DNA from: Thermodesulfobacteriota bacterium
Lineage (GTDB): Bacteria; Desulfobacterota; Desulfobacteria; Desulfobacterales; SURF-7
Assembly: GCA_049320885.1 (NCBI GenBank)
Contig: JBMORA010000017.1
Span: 32,001-96,000, forward strand
Length of the DNA stretch: 64,000 nt
Direction: 5' to 3'
The position numbers and the translations under genes were made by a program. The notes under the pieces are model-generated. The model searched no databases. It had not been told where the DNA came from and saw only the letters and a program-made list of their open reading frames with translations. Shown piece by piece: positions 31,240 through 40,093 of the stretch (within the stretch, counting starts at the first letter, position 1; each line of letters starts with the position of its first letter).

Positions 31240-31269
31240 CGAACGCCCCCGGCGAACCGGGGGCGTTCG
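31240..31269 (-). other. Strong hairpin downstream of acnX (terminator or mRNA stabiliser)
   Basis: Perfect 13-bp stem CGAACGCCCCCGG with TTCG loop on the minus strand; no U tract. Confidence 0.65.
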
Positions 31270-31295
31270 GCGCTTCTACATACGGAAGATAGTTG

Positions 31296-32786
31296 CTAGT
31301 CGACCATCGGTTTTTCTCCCTGGTACAGCGGGTGTTCCTTTTCGCTGTCTAACCGCTCCTTGCGCGGTTTGCTCCAGTATTCCCAGCGTGCGGTCGGTGT
31401 GAACACGCCGGTCACGGCTGCGTTAACCAGGGCTTCCGGGTTGCCATAGATCCATTTCGGTCCGAAGCCGCCTCCCAGCTTAACGTACTTGAAGCTGTCC
31501 GTCGCGATGACTGTGCCCTTCGGGTAGTGTCGGATCGGGGACATGGCGATGCAGGTCTGGTGGAAGATGTGGCCACCGGCATCCTCGATGATCTTGGTAT
31601 CGCCGTAGTGCTGGGCCATGAAGTACGTGGGCGTGTCGGTCTGCACCCACAGATGTACTCCCTTTTTCACCTTCTTGCCTTTCACCAGGCGCGCAACCTC
31701 GCGGACCTCATCCCAGGTGGCGTGCGGGCAACCGAAGAAGACGATGTCCACCGGCTTCGCCTTTTCAGGTCCGGGCGCCGGCTCGATGGCGTTGAGGTGG
31801 TGGTACATCTCGATGACGTCTTCCATGGTAACCTTATAGCGTTCAGGGTTCTTGGGCATCTTGCCCTTGAAAGCGGCCTCCAGGGTTGGAGACTCCGGTG
31901 TGTAGCCCATGAGGTGCAGCATGGGGTCGTTCATGCCGGGTGAGGCGCAGGAGATCAGATTCTTTGTCGCGCCCGGGCCCATCTTCTTGGGCAGGTTGAG
32001 CACTGCCATGATCCGGTTGCCTGCCTTTTCGGCGATGGCGGCGCCCAGGGCGCCCCAGTCAGCCATACCCTTGATGTTGTCGCGGACCTCGTCAGTCAGC
32101 TCGACGACGCACTTGGCTGCACGATACTCGTCGAGGTGGGTGCCGTACTTCGGCAGGCAGCCGGTGTACGCGCAGTACACCGTGTTGATGGCGGCTTCCC
32201 GGTTGGTCCGGGCGCCCAGGATGGTGTTGATGTAGCAGGCTGCGCTGGACTCGGAGCTGGCGGCATACTCACCCATTTTGGGAATGCGGGTGTTAAAGTA
32301 GGGGTTACACGAGAGCCAGGGAAGCCAGCCATGCTCCATCAGCTTGTCGTACCCCGCCTGGAAGCCATCGACCATTTCCTTGTCGAGTCTGAAGTTTCCT
32401 TTACCCGGAATCTCGAAGTTCCATGGTTTTCCGTTCGGCGGTCCCAGGATCTCGCTGGCCTTGTCCAACTGGCACATGTAGGGATCGTTGCCGCACTCGG
32501 TGCCGGATTCGTCGTGGACATGCGCGTCCTTCATCGCGAAGATCGGATCGTAGAGCGGGCTGTGTCCCAAATCGTATTCATTGAGCTTCGCCAGTCTCTT
32601 CGGCTCCAGACGATCCTTCACATAGATGGGACAGCAGTTGAGCGTGAGGACAAGATCCACCATTTCCGTTGCTTCCACCGCTTTGCCGAAGTCCAAGAGC
32701 TTGTCCATGCAGAACTGTTTGGCTTCGCCATGTTTGCCATCCAGCATTTCCTGTTGGTACGTCGTAAGTTTCATTTTTGCTTTCAT
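31296..32786 (-). CDS. Aconitase X large (catalytic Fe-S) subunit, DUF521
   Basis: LTTYQQEMLDGKHG, SCNPY, SESSA..GARTNRE, GCPH, QTC, TDSFKY. Confidence 0.88.
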   Translation of the reverse strand: MKAKMKLTTYQQEMLDGKHGEAKQFCMDKLLDFGKAVEATEMVDLVLTLNCCPIYVKDRLEPKRLAKLNEYDLGHSPLYDPIFAMKDAHVHDESGTECGNDPYMCQLDKASEILGPPNGKPWNFEIPGKGNFRLDKEMVDGFQAGYDKLMEHGWLPWLSCNPYFNTRIPKMGEYAASSESSAACYINTILGARTNREAAINTVYCAYTGCLPKYGTHLDEYRAAKCVVELTDEVRDNIKGMADWGALGAAIAEKAGNRIMAVLNLPKKMGPGATKNLISCASPGMNDPMLHLMGYTPESPTLEAAFKGKMPKNPERYKVTMEDVIEMYHHLNAIEPAPGPEKAKPVDIVFFGCPHATWDEVREVARLVKGKKVKKGVHLWVQTDTPTYFMAQHYGDTKIIEDAGGHIFHQTCIAMSPIRHYPKGTVIATDSFKYVKLGGGFGPKWIYGNPEALVNAAVTGVFTPTARWEYWSKPRKERLDSEKEHPLYQGEKPMVD

Positions 32787-32833
32787 CGTTTTCTCCCTAT
32801 TTATCTTCTTGTCGTTTAATTCGTTGGAAAAGA

Positions 32834-33271
32834 TTACCCTTTGCGGGTAATTGTTACAGTGGCTTTCTCACCGACTTCGGGCGCGTCGATCTCAACCCAG
32901 TCGCCGGTTCTGATGGTCGTGATCGGGTCCTGGTCCAATTTGTCCACGGCGGGAATTTCACCGGCGATGGCGCCGTTGATATCGATAAAATGAACCTCCT
33001 GGCAGATGAGGCCTGCGGGGCCGTGGTTGGAGACCTTGCACTTGTAGTACAGGCTGAAGGCCCCGCTGGTGGAGCCGGCCGTCGTGGGATAGACGAAGAT
33101 CTTGCCGGTCACGATTTGGCCTTTAGTGTCAGCGCCTGGCGCCATAACCATGCCGTCCTCGTTGCCGACGTGGTTGAACGCCCATCCGATCCGCTGGCGA
33201 TTCACCAACGCTTCGCCTGCCGCTTTTCCTTTAGACCGGGCGATGCCGGTTAAAACGATTTTTTGTTCCAT
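32834..33271 (-). CDS. Aconitase X small (swivel) subunit, DUF126
   Basis: GKAAGEALV, GKIFVYP..GSTSG, GAIAGEIPAVD, TGDWVEIDA; RBS AAGGAG. Confidence 0.88.
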   Translation of the reverse strand: MEQKIVLTGIARSKGKAAGEALVNRQRIGWAFNHVGNEDGMVMAPGADTKGQIVTGKIFVYPTTAGSTSGAFSLYYKCKVSNHGPAGLICQEVHFIDINGAIAGEIPAVDKLDQDPITTIRTGDWVEIDAPEVGEKATVTITRKG

Positions 33272-33423
33272 AATATACTTCTCCTTTACTGTTTGGCGCC
33301 GCTTCCTGGGCAGGGAATGCAGCACATATGTTTTTCCCCGGGGACCGTCCCTGAGTCATCGGGAGCCCTCAAAAAATCGGATAATCCGATCAATCGCTTC
33401 ATCGTTTACAGCCCTCTCTCAAC

Positions 33424-35940
33424 TCAGCCCATGTTCTCTTCCGTCCGGGCGATGATTTCGGCCTGCTGTGAGGGTGACAGGTCGGTGAAATACGCGCAGT
33501 AGCCGGCAACCCGCACGACCAGATCCCGGTACTTTTCCGGGTTCTTCTGTGCGTCCAGCAGGGATTGTCTATTGAGGATATTGAACTGGATGTGGGCATG
33601 CTTCTGGCTGCTCCAGACGCGGATAAGCTGCATGAGCCGGCGCGTCCCTTCCTCTCCGGCCACGTTGGCCGGCGCCATCTTCATGTTGAGCAGGTCTTCC
33701 CGATGCGTTTTGTAGATCTGGCAGGTCGCCCTGGCGATGGACTGGAGGGTCACCGTGGGCCCCTTGGTGTCGCAGCCGTGGGAGGGAACGATGCCATCGG
33801 ATAGATATTCTCCGCCTCTCCGGCCGTTCGGCGTGGCCATGGTCACCCTGCCGGACGGGTTATGAAAGGTGATCGGAATGATGCGCATGTTGGCGCTCTG
33901 GCCATGGGGCCTGGGATGGTTGTGGGCATACTCCATAACGGTTCGCTGGATGTGGTAGCCGATGGTGTCCACCCATTCGATGCCGTTGCCGTACTTGGGG
34001 GCATTGAGGCACATCTGACGAATGGCCTCCATGCCTTCCCAGTCGCACTCCAGGGCATCGAGGAGCTGGCCCCATGTGAGTTTCTTCGTGTCGAAAATGA
34101 GATGCTTGATGGCAGCCAGGGAATCGATGCAGGTCGCGAACCCTCCGAGCCCGTCGATGCAGGAAGCATCCAGCGCCCCCGGGATGTAATCACCGTGGGT
34201 GTGGAGGTCCCGGCCGTGCTCCATGCACAGGTCATGGAGCGTGGAGGCTAGCGGCGCCGCGATATACTTGGGCTTCTGCGCGACCGCTATGTAGTTCTGG
34301 ATCATGATGTGCTTGACGACGTTCTCGAGCTGCATCTTGTAGGCATTCCACACGTCGTCGTAGGTCTTGAACGTCCGCGGATCACCCGTCTTCAGGCCGA
34401 ATTGCTCGTCCTTGTAGATTTTCATCCTGCCGTCCCGGAGCGTCATCTCCATGACCGCGCCGTAATTGATGCCGCCATTGCCGGTCTTGTGGGTCTCGCG
34501 GTTGGGCAGGCGCGATTCCGAGCACCCGGACATGGCGTAATCCAGGGCTTCCCGTTTCACGATCCCGTTGCTCATGAACCACGGCACCTCGAACTCGTCG
34601 TTGATCAGTTTGGGCGAACCCTTGCCGTCCTTGATGGTCTCGGCCACCGCATGCAGGAACTTGTCGGGCGTACCGGCGTGGATCCGGACCCCCAGCTCCG
34701 GGTAGCTGCACTTGAGCGGCCGGGTGGATTCCAGGATCAGGTAAGAGAGTTCGTTAGTGGCGTCGAAACCGTCGGGGGTCTGGCCGCCGATGGTCACCGT
34801 CTCGTGATGGGAGAATCCCTCGCGGCCCTTGGCTGCGGATGGCGACATTTGCGACTCGATGCTCTGCATGATGTGCAGCCAGAGGCACTGGAACAGCTCC
34901 TGGGCCGCTTCCGGCGTGATCCGGCCTTCTTCGAGGTCCTTTTTATAGGTGGGATAGAGATACTGGTCCATCCGGCCCTGATTGACTTGCCCTCCGACCA
35001 TCTCCTCCAGACGCGAGAAAAGCTGGGTGAACCACTGGGCCTGGACCGCTTCCCGGAAGGTGCGCGCCGGGTTCTTCGGAACCCAGGCGCAGACGGCCGC
35101 GATCTCCGCCAATTCCTTCTTGCGCTGGGCATTCGTCTCCTTGGCTGCCATCGCGGCGGCCAATTCGGAGTATCGTTTGGCGAAGAGGCTTAATGCGTCG
35201 CAGGTGATGATGGCCGCTTCGTAGAAGGGCTTCTTGAAAGCCAGGTCGCGCGGATCTTCCAGCGCGGCCAACCGCGCCTGGGCTTCCGCGCGCAGACCCT
35301 TACAGCCGCGCTTCAGCATTTTCTCAAAATCAGGGACCCAGTTCTGGGAATGTCGCATGGTTGAAGTGGAAATGATCACGAACGAAAACGTGGTCCCGAC
35401 ATTCTCGGGGTCAGAACCCCAGAACAAGTGTCGGGTTTCAGGAGGCAGGGCCTTGATGAAGTTTGGGGTAAAGTCCTTGCCTTTCCAATAAGGGAAAAGA
35501 ACCTCGTCAATGATCTTCTTGTCTTCCTCAGTCACGGTAACGGCGTCCGGGGCTCCGGCCTCTTTGGCCGCAATGAACGCTTTTGCTCCCTCTTGGATGA
35601 TCGTGCCGTCAAGCTCCGGGTAAACCAGCGAGTACCGTCCGAACCAGGCGCAGGGCCGGCCCACGATCAGCTCATCGTCGAAGATGGCGACCGAGATCTT
35701 TTCCGCGATGTGTTGCAGGGCTTTGGCCCAGCGCCAGACCAGCGGCTGACCTTCCGTGGCCTTGAAAGACTCCGTGAAGTATACTGCCCGTTCCAGGGCG
35801 ACCCGGGGCGGACCGGAGGAACGAATGGCGTCAAACATTCTGAGAACCCGGTCGGTGGCGGTTCCATGCAATACGTTTTTGCCGTCGGCAATGGCCTGTT
35901 CCTGTGCGGAAAGCACAGATGCAATGTGTTCATTTGTCAT
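33424..35940 (-). CDS. Glycyl radical enzyme, isethionate sulfite-lyase (IslA)-like clade, substrate unknown
   Basis: Gly loop RVAGY, Cys loop SGCSES, GRMDQY, TPNGR; YPELDG and LVWRWAKAL recall IslA/HpsG; RBS AAGGAG. Confidence 0.93.
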   Translation of the reverse strand: MTNEHIASVLSAQEQAIADGKNVLHGTATDRVLRMFDAIRSSGPPRVALERAVYFTESFKATEGQPLVWRWAKALQHIAEKISVAIFDDELIVGRPCAWFGRYSLVYPELDGTIIQEGAKAFIAAKEAGAPDAVTVTEEDKKIIDEVLFPYWKGKDFTPNFIKALPPETRHLFWGSDPENVGTTFSFVIISTSTMRHSQNWVPDFEKMLKRGCKGLRAEAQARLAALEDPRDLAFKKPFYEAAIITCDALSLFAKRYSELAAAMAAKETNAQRKKELAEIAAVCAWVPKNPARTFREAVQAQWFTQLFSRLEEMVGGQVNQGRMDQYLYPTYKKDLEEGRITPEAAQELFQCLWLHIMQSIESQMSPSAAKGREGFSHHETVTIGGQTPDGFDATNELSYLILESTRPLKCSYPELGVRIHAGTPDKFLHAVAETIKDGKGSPKLINDEFEVPWFMSNGIVKREALDYAMSGCSESRLPNRETHKTGNGGINYGAVMEMTLRDGRMKIYKDEQFGLKTGDPRTFKTYDDVWNAYKMQLENVVKHIMIQNYIAVAQKPKYIAAPLASTLHDLCMEHGRDLHTHGDYIPGALDASCIDGLGGFATCIDSLAAIKHLIFDTKKLTWGQLLDALECDWEGMEAIRQMCLNAPKYGNGIEWVDTIGYHIQRTVMEYAHNHPRPHGQSANMRIIPITFHNPSGRVTMATPNGRRGGEYLSDGIVPSHGCDTKGPTVTLQSIARATCQIYKTHREDLLNMKMAPANVAGEEGTRRLMQLIRVWSSQKHAHIQFNILNRQSLLDAQKNPEKYRDLVVRVAGYCAYFTDLSPSQQAEIIARTEENMG

Positions 35941-36033
35941 GGTCGCTTTTGCTCCTTACTATTTTATAAGATCATGATTCAAATAGGTATCCACGCTTTT
36001 TGCTTGCAAAACGGCGCTGAATCTGATTTCCGG

Positions 36034-36435
36034 TCACGACACTCCGTCCATATCCGGCGAAATGTATTTCCGGCCCTCGAGCACTTCGCGGAAAGCCGGA
36101 ATCAAATCAATCGCTGCTCTTCGTTTCAAAACGTAGCCTTCGACTCCTGCGGCCATCACCTCGTCTATTACTGATTGATCATCGTAGAGGCTAAGGATAA
36201 TGATTTTTATTCTAGGAAACTTTTTTTTCAGGGCCCATGCAATGTTTGTTTCCTCTGAATGTGAAAGCGACTGGTCAACCACCACCACATCGGGATGGTG
36301 GGTCTCCAAGGCATGGTAGAGCGACATTTCGTCGGAAACCATTAAAACCGTCTTGACCTCATTTTCAAGAAGTCGGTATATGCCTCCCAACATATTTGTA
36401 TGTTTATCAGCGAGAATAACACGGCTTTTTCGCAT
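36034..36435 (-). CDS. Stand-alone NarL-type receiver-domain protein
   Basis: RVILADKH, PDVVVVD, GYVLK, G.KYISP; ends without an HTH. Confidence 0.8.
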   Translation of the reverse strand: MRKSRVILADKHTNMLGGIYRLLENEVKTVLMVSDEMSLYHALETHHPDVVVVDQSLSHSEETNIAWALKKKFPRIKIIILSLYDDQSVIDEVMAAGVEGYVLKRRAAIDLIPAFREVLEGRKYISPDMDGVS

Positions 36436-36520
36436 ACGCTTTTTACCTTCAATCGGGCAATCCGGGGCAATCAATTTGTGGAATGATGGTCAGGCTATAG
36501 AAAAGGCGATAATAAAACAA

Positions 36521-36559
36521 CTGGGAAAATTACTGGTCCAGGGCTGGGAAATTACTGGT
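36521..36559. promoter_or_regulatory. Tandem direct repeat, candidate response-regulator operator
   Basis: CTGGGAAAATTACTGGT and CTGGGAAATTACTGGT with cores 22 bp apart, upstream of the receiver/GRE genes. Confidence 0.6.
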
Positions 36560-36603
36560 ATGGGTCGGAAGGTTTTTTGTCTGCGGCCTGGTAATCTGGC
36601 GCA

Positions 36604-37245
36604 TTATACGGCGGCAATGCCTTGTTTCACAGCATACTGGATCAATTCGGAACTGGTCTTGATACCGAGTCGTTCCATCATTTTGTATTTGTGAAATTCA
36701 ACAGTCTTTGTTGAAATATCCAAAACGGATGCGATTTCTTTCGCAGACTTCCCTTCAACCAAGAGTTGTAAAACCTCCCGTTGCCGGGGACTTATCTCTT
36801 TCAAACGAATATTATCCGGTGACAACCCTTTCTGATAGGCGTGGATAAGGTCTCCTGCAATCAGGGGAGTTATATACGTTTTCCCTTTCATTGCTTCATG
36901 GATCGCGGAAACCAACTCGGATGGGGCCGAGTGTTTCAAGACGAACCCGCAAGCGCCTGCCTCAAAAGCACTAGCTGCATAGGTTACGTCCGGGTGCATG
37001 GTTAAAAATACAATCTTGATGCTTTTATCGGTTTTTTTAATCTGGCGCACTGCTTCGATTCCATTGAGCTGGGGCATCGAGATATCCGCCACGATCACAT
37101 CAGGATGGAGGGCGGCTGCCTGTTTGACGAGGGCTCGCCCATCCTGCACTGTTCCGACAATTTCAAACTCGCCTTCCAGAAGGCTTTTTAACCCCATGAG
37201 CACGAAGTAATGATCATCCGCTAATAGAACACGTGCCTTTTTCAT
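36604..37245 (-). CDS. NarL/FixJ-family response regulator (REC + LuxR HTH)
   Basis: LADDH, ADISMPQLNG, SPRQREVLQLLVEGKSAKEIA..KTVEFHK. Confidence 0.95.
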   Translation of the reverse strand: MKKARVLLADDHYFVLMGLKSLLEGEFEIVGTVQDGRALVKQAAALHPDVIVADISMPQLNGIEAVRQIKKTDKSIKIVFLTMHPDVTYAASAFEAGACGFVLKHSAPSELVSAIHEAMKGKTYITPLIAGDLIHAYQKGLSPDNIRLKEISPRQREVLQLLVEGKSAKEIASVLDISTKTVEFHKYKMMERLGIKTSSELIQYAVKQGIAAV

Positions 37246-40082
37246 TCTCCCTCCTTCATCAACCCCTGTAGGGGCACCCTGACGGTGATCCGGGTTCCTT
37301 TTCCCGGTTGGGAGTTGATGGAATGTTCTCCTTGGAAAAGTCTGACCCGTTCACGAATACTCGAGAGTCCCAGGCCCGGTTTTGCTTTTACCACCGCCGA
37401 ATCGAATCCAATGCCATCGTCCTGAATAGATAATAAAATGTCATGATCATTACCCGTTAAGGAAATAGAAATATGCTCGGCGCAGGCATGTTTGGAAATG
37501 TTGCTTAGCCCCTCCTGAATCATTCGGTATAATGACAGAGAAATATCTTTAGGGATAACCGAATGGATGTTCTCATGACGGAAGACGACTTCTGTTCCTT
37601 CTCTTTTCGAAAAATTCGTGCATTGCGATTCGATTGCCCTGATTAACCCCAGATCATCCAAGATGGATGGGTGAAGTCGGCGCGAGAGGTTATGGACATC
37701 TCCAGAGATTTTAACCATATCATGTTTCATTTCACTAAGCATTACCTGAACAGAGGCTGGTTGATCCTTCAACTCTAATTCGAGTCTTCCGATGTTAATT
37801 GCAAAGACCGCCAAACGTTGCACCAAATCATCATGGAGTTCACGGGCCAAGCGGCTCCGTTCCTCCTCCTGATTGTGAATCAATCTCCCGGCAAGCAACC
37901 GGAGCTCCTTTTCACTCTGTAGCAGTATCTCATCACTTTTACGAGTTGCCTCAATCACTTGCTTGCGTTCTATTGCATTGGCAAACAGATTGCTGATGAG
38001 TCGAAACCGCTGCAGCAAATGCCTCGGCCAGACCCGCTCCTTAGTGATCGACACAAGGGCGCATGATCCCAAGGTCTTGTGCCCAGCTATCAGGGGCATG
38101 GAAAGAAACGATTTCATACCCTTGGTCAAGCAAAGTCGCCGTTCATTTTGTGCTTCCGGCGGAAAATCATTTACCCGGTTTATCACCACCGTATTCCCTT
38201 GAATCAATTGCTCCATGTACCAAGGCAGTTGTTCGGCCAACAGCAATTTCGGGGCGGGTTCGACCTCTGCCAAATGATAATCAAAGGCTAGAACAAGCTG
38301 AGTTTGGTCCTCGGTAAATATTCCGATGCTGCATCTATCCGCTTTAAAAAATTCGGTGAAGCCCCGGAGCCACTTATTGATTTCGCTGTCGACAGCATCG
38401 ATGGAAAGGTTCATGAAATGACTTAATAGTTCGGAAATCATGCGTTCAAACAGTAACTGCTCTGCCAAGTTCTCCTCGGCCAGTTTACGCTTGGTGATGT
38501 CTTCCAGAAATCCACTATAGTAGAGCGTTTTGCCGTCCGGATCGCATACCTTACGGCCGCTGAGCGATGCCCAAATTCTCGTTCCATCCTGCCGCAGCAT
38601 TTGGCACTCAAAACCATGCACAACATCCTGCTTTTCAATCAACTCCATAAACTCCAAACGCTTATCCGGGTCTGCATATACCTGATTCCCTACATTTCGG
38701 ATTTTCGCAATCAACTCGCCGGGTGAATCATATCCAAGGGTATTCGCCAGGGCGGGGTTAACCGTCAGAGGCTGACCTTGCGTCGAGGTTTCAAAGAGAC
38801 CTTCTACGGCGCCGTCGAAAATGTTTCGGTACTTTTCTACCGCTTTTCTGAGTGAGTCCTCGGCCGATTTCTTCCGGCGCCTCTGGACAACAAGAAAAAT
38901 AATCAGGGCGCTTTCCACCAGACAGAAGCCTATAACCCCAATAATGTAATACTGGAAGTCATAAAAGGTGGACTGCTTATTTTTGATGATGCTCTCCTCG
39001 GGTAAATCGTTTTCGTTCAGGTCCCAATGCCTGAGCTGCGACCAGTCGAATATCGGTATGGGAGGGACATCCAGAATGGCCTGGGTATTTTCTGAAACCC
39101 GGGTGCCTCCAAGGATTTTCAGAACCATTTGGCCCGCATGAACACCGGTTTGTTCAAAGTTTATGAGACGGCCTCCCACCATCACGTCTGATAGATTGTA
39201 GTCGATAAGCCCGAAGATCGGGGCTGCGGAAACCTGGCGCAGCCGTTTAAGCACTATCGGGTTTGTGTAGTTTTTCCCGGTAACATCCTGGGTATACGTC
39301 AAGAAAAGGATAATGGAGTGGGGGGGCACGCTGGATACCATTGCCAGAACATCCTCGAAGGCCAGGTGGCTCAAGTAGATAAACTCCAGCCGGCTCTCCC
39401 ATTTCTTCAAATCGGCTCGAGCCTGCGCTTCTATAGCTCGGTCGACTTCGTGGGCGCCGCCCACCATATAGACTCGTTTTGCCCCCGGAACCAGCTTTAG
39501 CGCAACCTCAAGCGTGCCGGTGATATTTAACCTGGAGAGATGCCGGATGATGCGGGGGTCGGTCCCTGGCACCCCTTGGTTTTGCGGCAGGTACAAGGCA
39601 AGAATGGGGACATGGGGAAGGACATCCTGGCAATCCTTCAGTACGAATTCCAAAGCTTCCGGATACATGGTTATGATCATGTCGAGCTTGCGACGGCCGT
39701 AACGCGCGCGCATCTGCTCGACCAAAAGTTTTCTATACTCGGCGCCGGGGTTCTGCCTCAGATTAAGGGATTCGAAAAACTGATTCAGGCTGGATATCCC
39801 GCCGGACTCCAGCGTTTCCGCGAGTCCCTTGTCGGTCCCCCAAAAAACGGGTGCGTTGGCTTCATGAGAATGCAGGACCAGAATGTTTTTCCCAGCCAGA
39901 CCTGCAGTAGCCTGTATCTGGGCAAAGGCCTGGCCGGCGCCTGGCCTGAAGGCTATCAGGAGGAAAAAACATAAAACAGAATAAACCGTTGTCACTCTGA
40001 TTCGGTGAGCGTGCGGCATTTCTATGAATAAGGCATTGCTGTTCATGACCTGATCTATCCAAGAAATAGTCTTGCATGTCAA
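37242..40082 (-). CDS. Membrane sensor histidine kinase (periplasmic binding domain, PAS, GAF, HisKA_3, HATPase)
   Basis: EERSRLARELHDD, QEGLSNISKH, DDGIGFD, GLGL; overlaps the regulator start; exact start uncertain. Confidence 0.9.
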   Translation of the reverse strand: MTCKTISWIDQVMNSNALFIEMPHAHRIRVTTVYSVLCFFLLIAFRPGAGQAFAQIQATAGLAGKNILVLHSHEANAPVFWGTDKGLAETLESGGISSLNQFFESLNLRQNPGAEYRKLLVEQMRARYGRRKLDMIITMYPEALEFVLKDCQDVLPHVPILALYLPQNQGVPGTDPRIIRHLSRLNITGTLEVALKLVPGAKRVYMVGGAHEVDRAIEAQARADLKKWESRLEFIYLSHLAFEDVLAMVSSVPPHSIILFLTYTQDVTGKNYTNPIVLKRLRQVSAAPIFGLIDYNLSDVMVGGRLINFEQTGVHAGQMVLKILGGTRVSENTQAILDVPPIPIFDWSQLRHWDLNENDLPEESIIKNKQSTFYDFQYYIIGVIGFCLVESALIIFLVVQRRRKKSAEDSLRKAVEKYRNIFDGAVEGLFETSTQGQPLTVNPALANTLGYDSPGELIAKIRNVGNQVYADPDKRLEFMELIEKQDVVHGFECQMLRQDGTRIWASLSGRKVCDPDGKTLYYSGFLEDITKRKLAEENLAEQLLFERMISELLSHFMNLSIDAVDSEINKWLRGFTEFFKADRCSIGIFTEDQTQLVLAFDYHLAEVEPAPKLLLAEQLPWYMEQLIQGNTVVINRVNDFPPEAQNERRLCLTKGMKSFLSMPLIAGHKTLGSCALVSITKERVWPRHLLQRFRLISNLFANAIERKQVIEATRKSDEILLQSEKELRLLAGRLIHNQEEERSRLARELHDDLVQRLAVFAINIGRLELELKDQPASVQVMLSEMKHDMVKISGDVHNLSRRLHPSILDDLGLIRAIESQCTNFSKREGTEVVFRHENIHSVIPKDISLSLYRMIQEGLSNISKHACAEHISISLTGNDHDILLSIQDDGIGFDSAVVKAKPGLGLSSIRERVRLFQGEHSINSQPGKGTRITVRVPLQGLMKEGE

Positions 40083-40093
40083 GTTTCAACGAT

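Noticed and set aside
33424..35940. Naming the GRE pflB, cutC or islA
   Set aside because: No PFL Cys-Cys pair, no CutC GCVEP loop or microcompartment context, and the IslA pocket residues differ.
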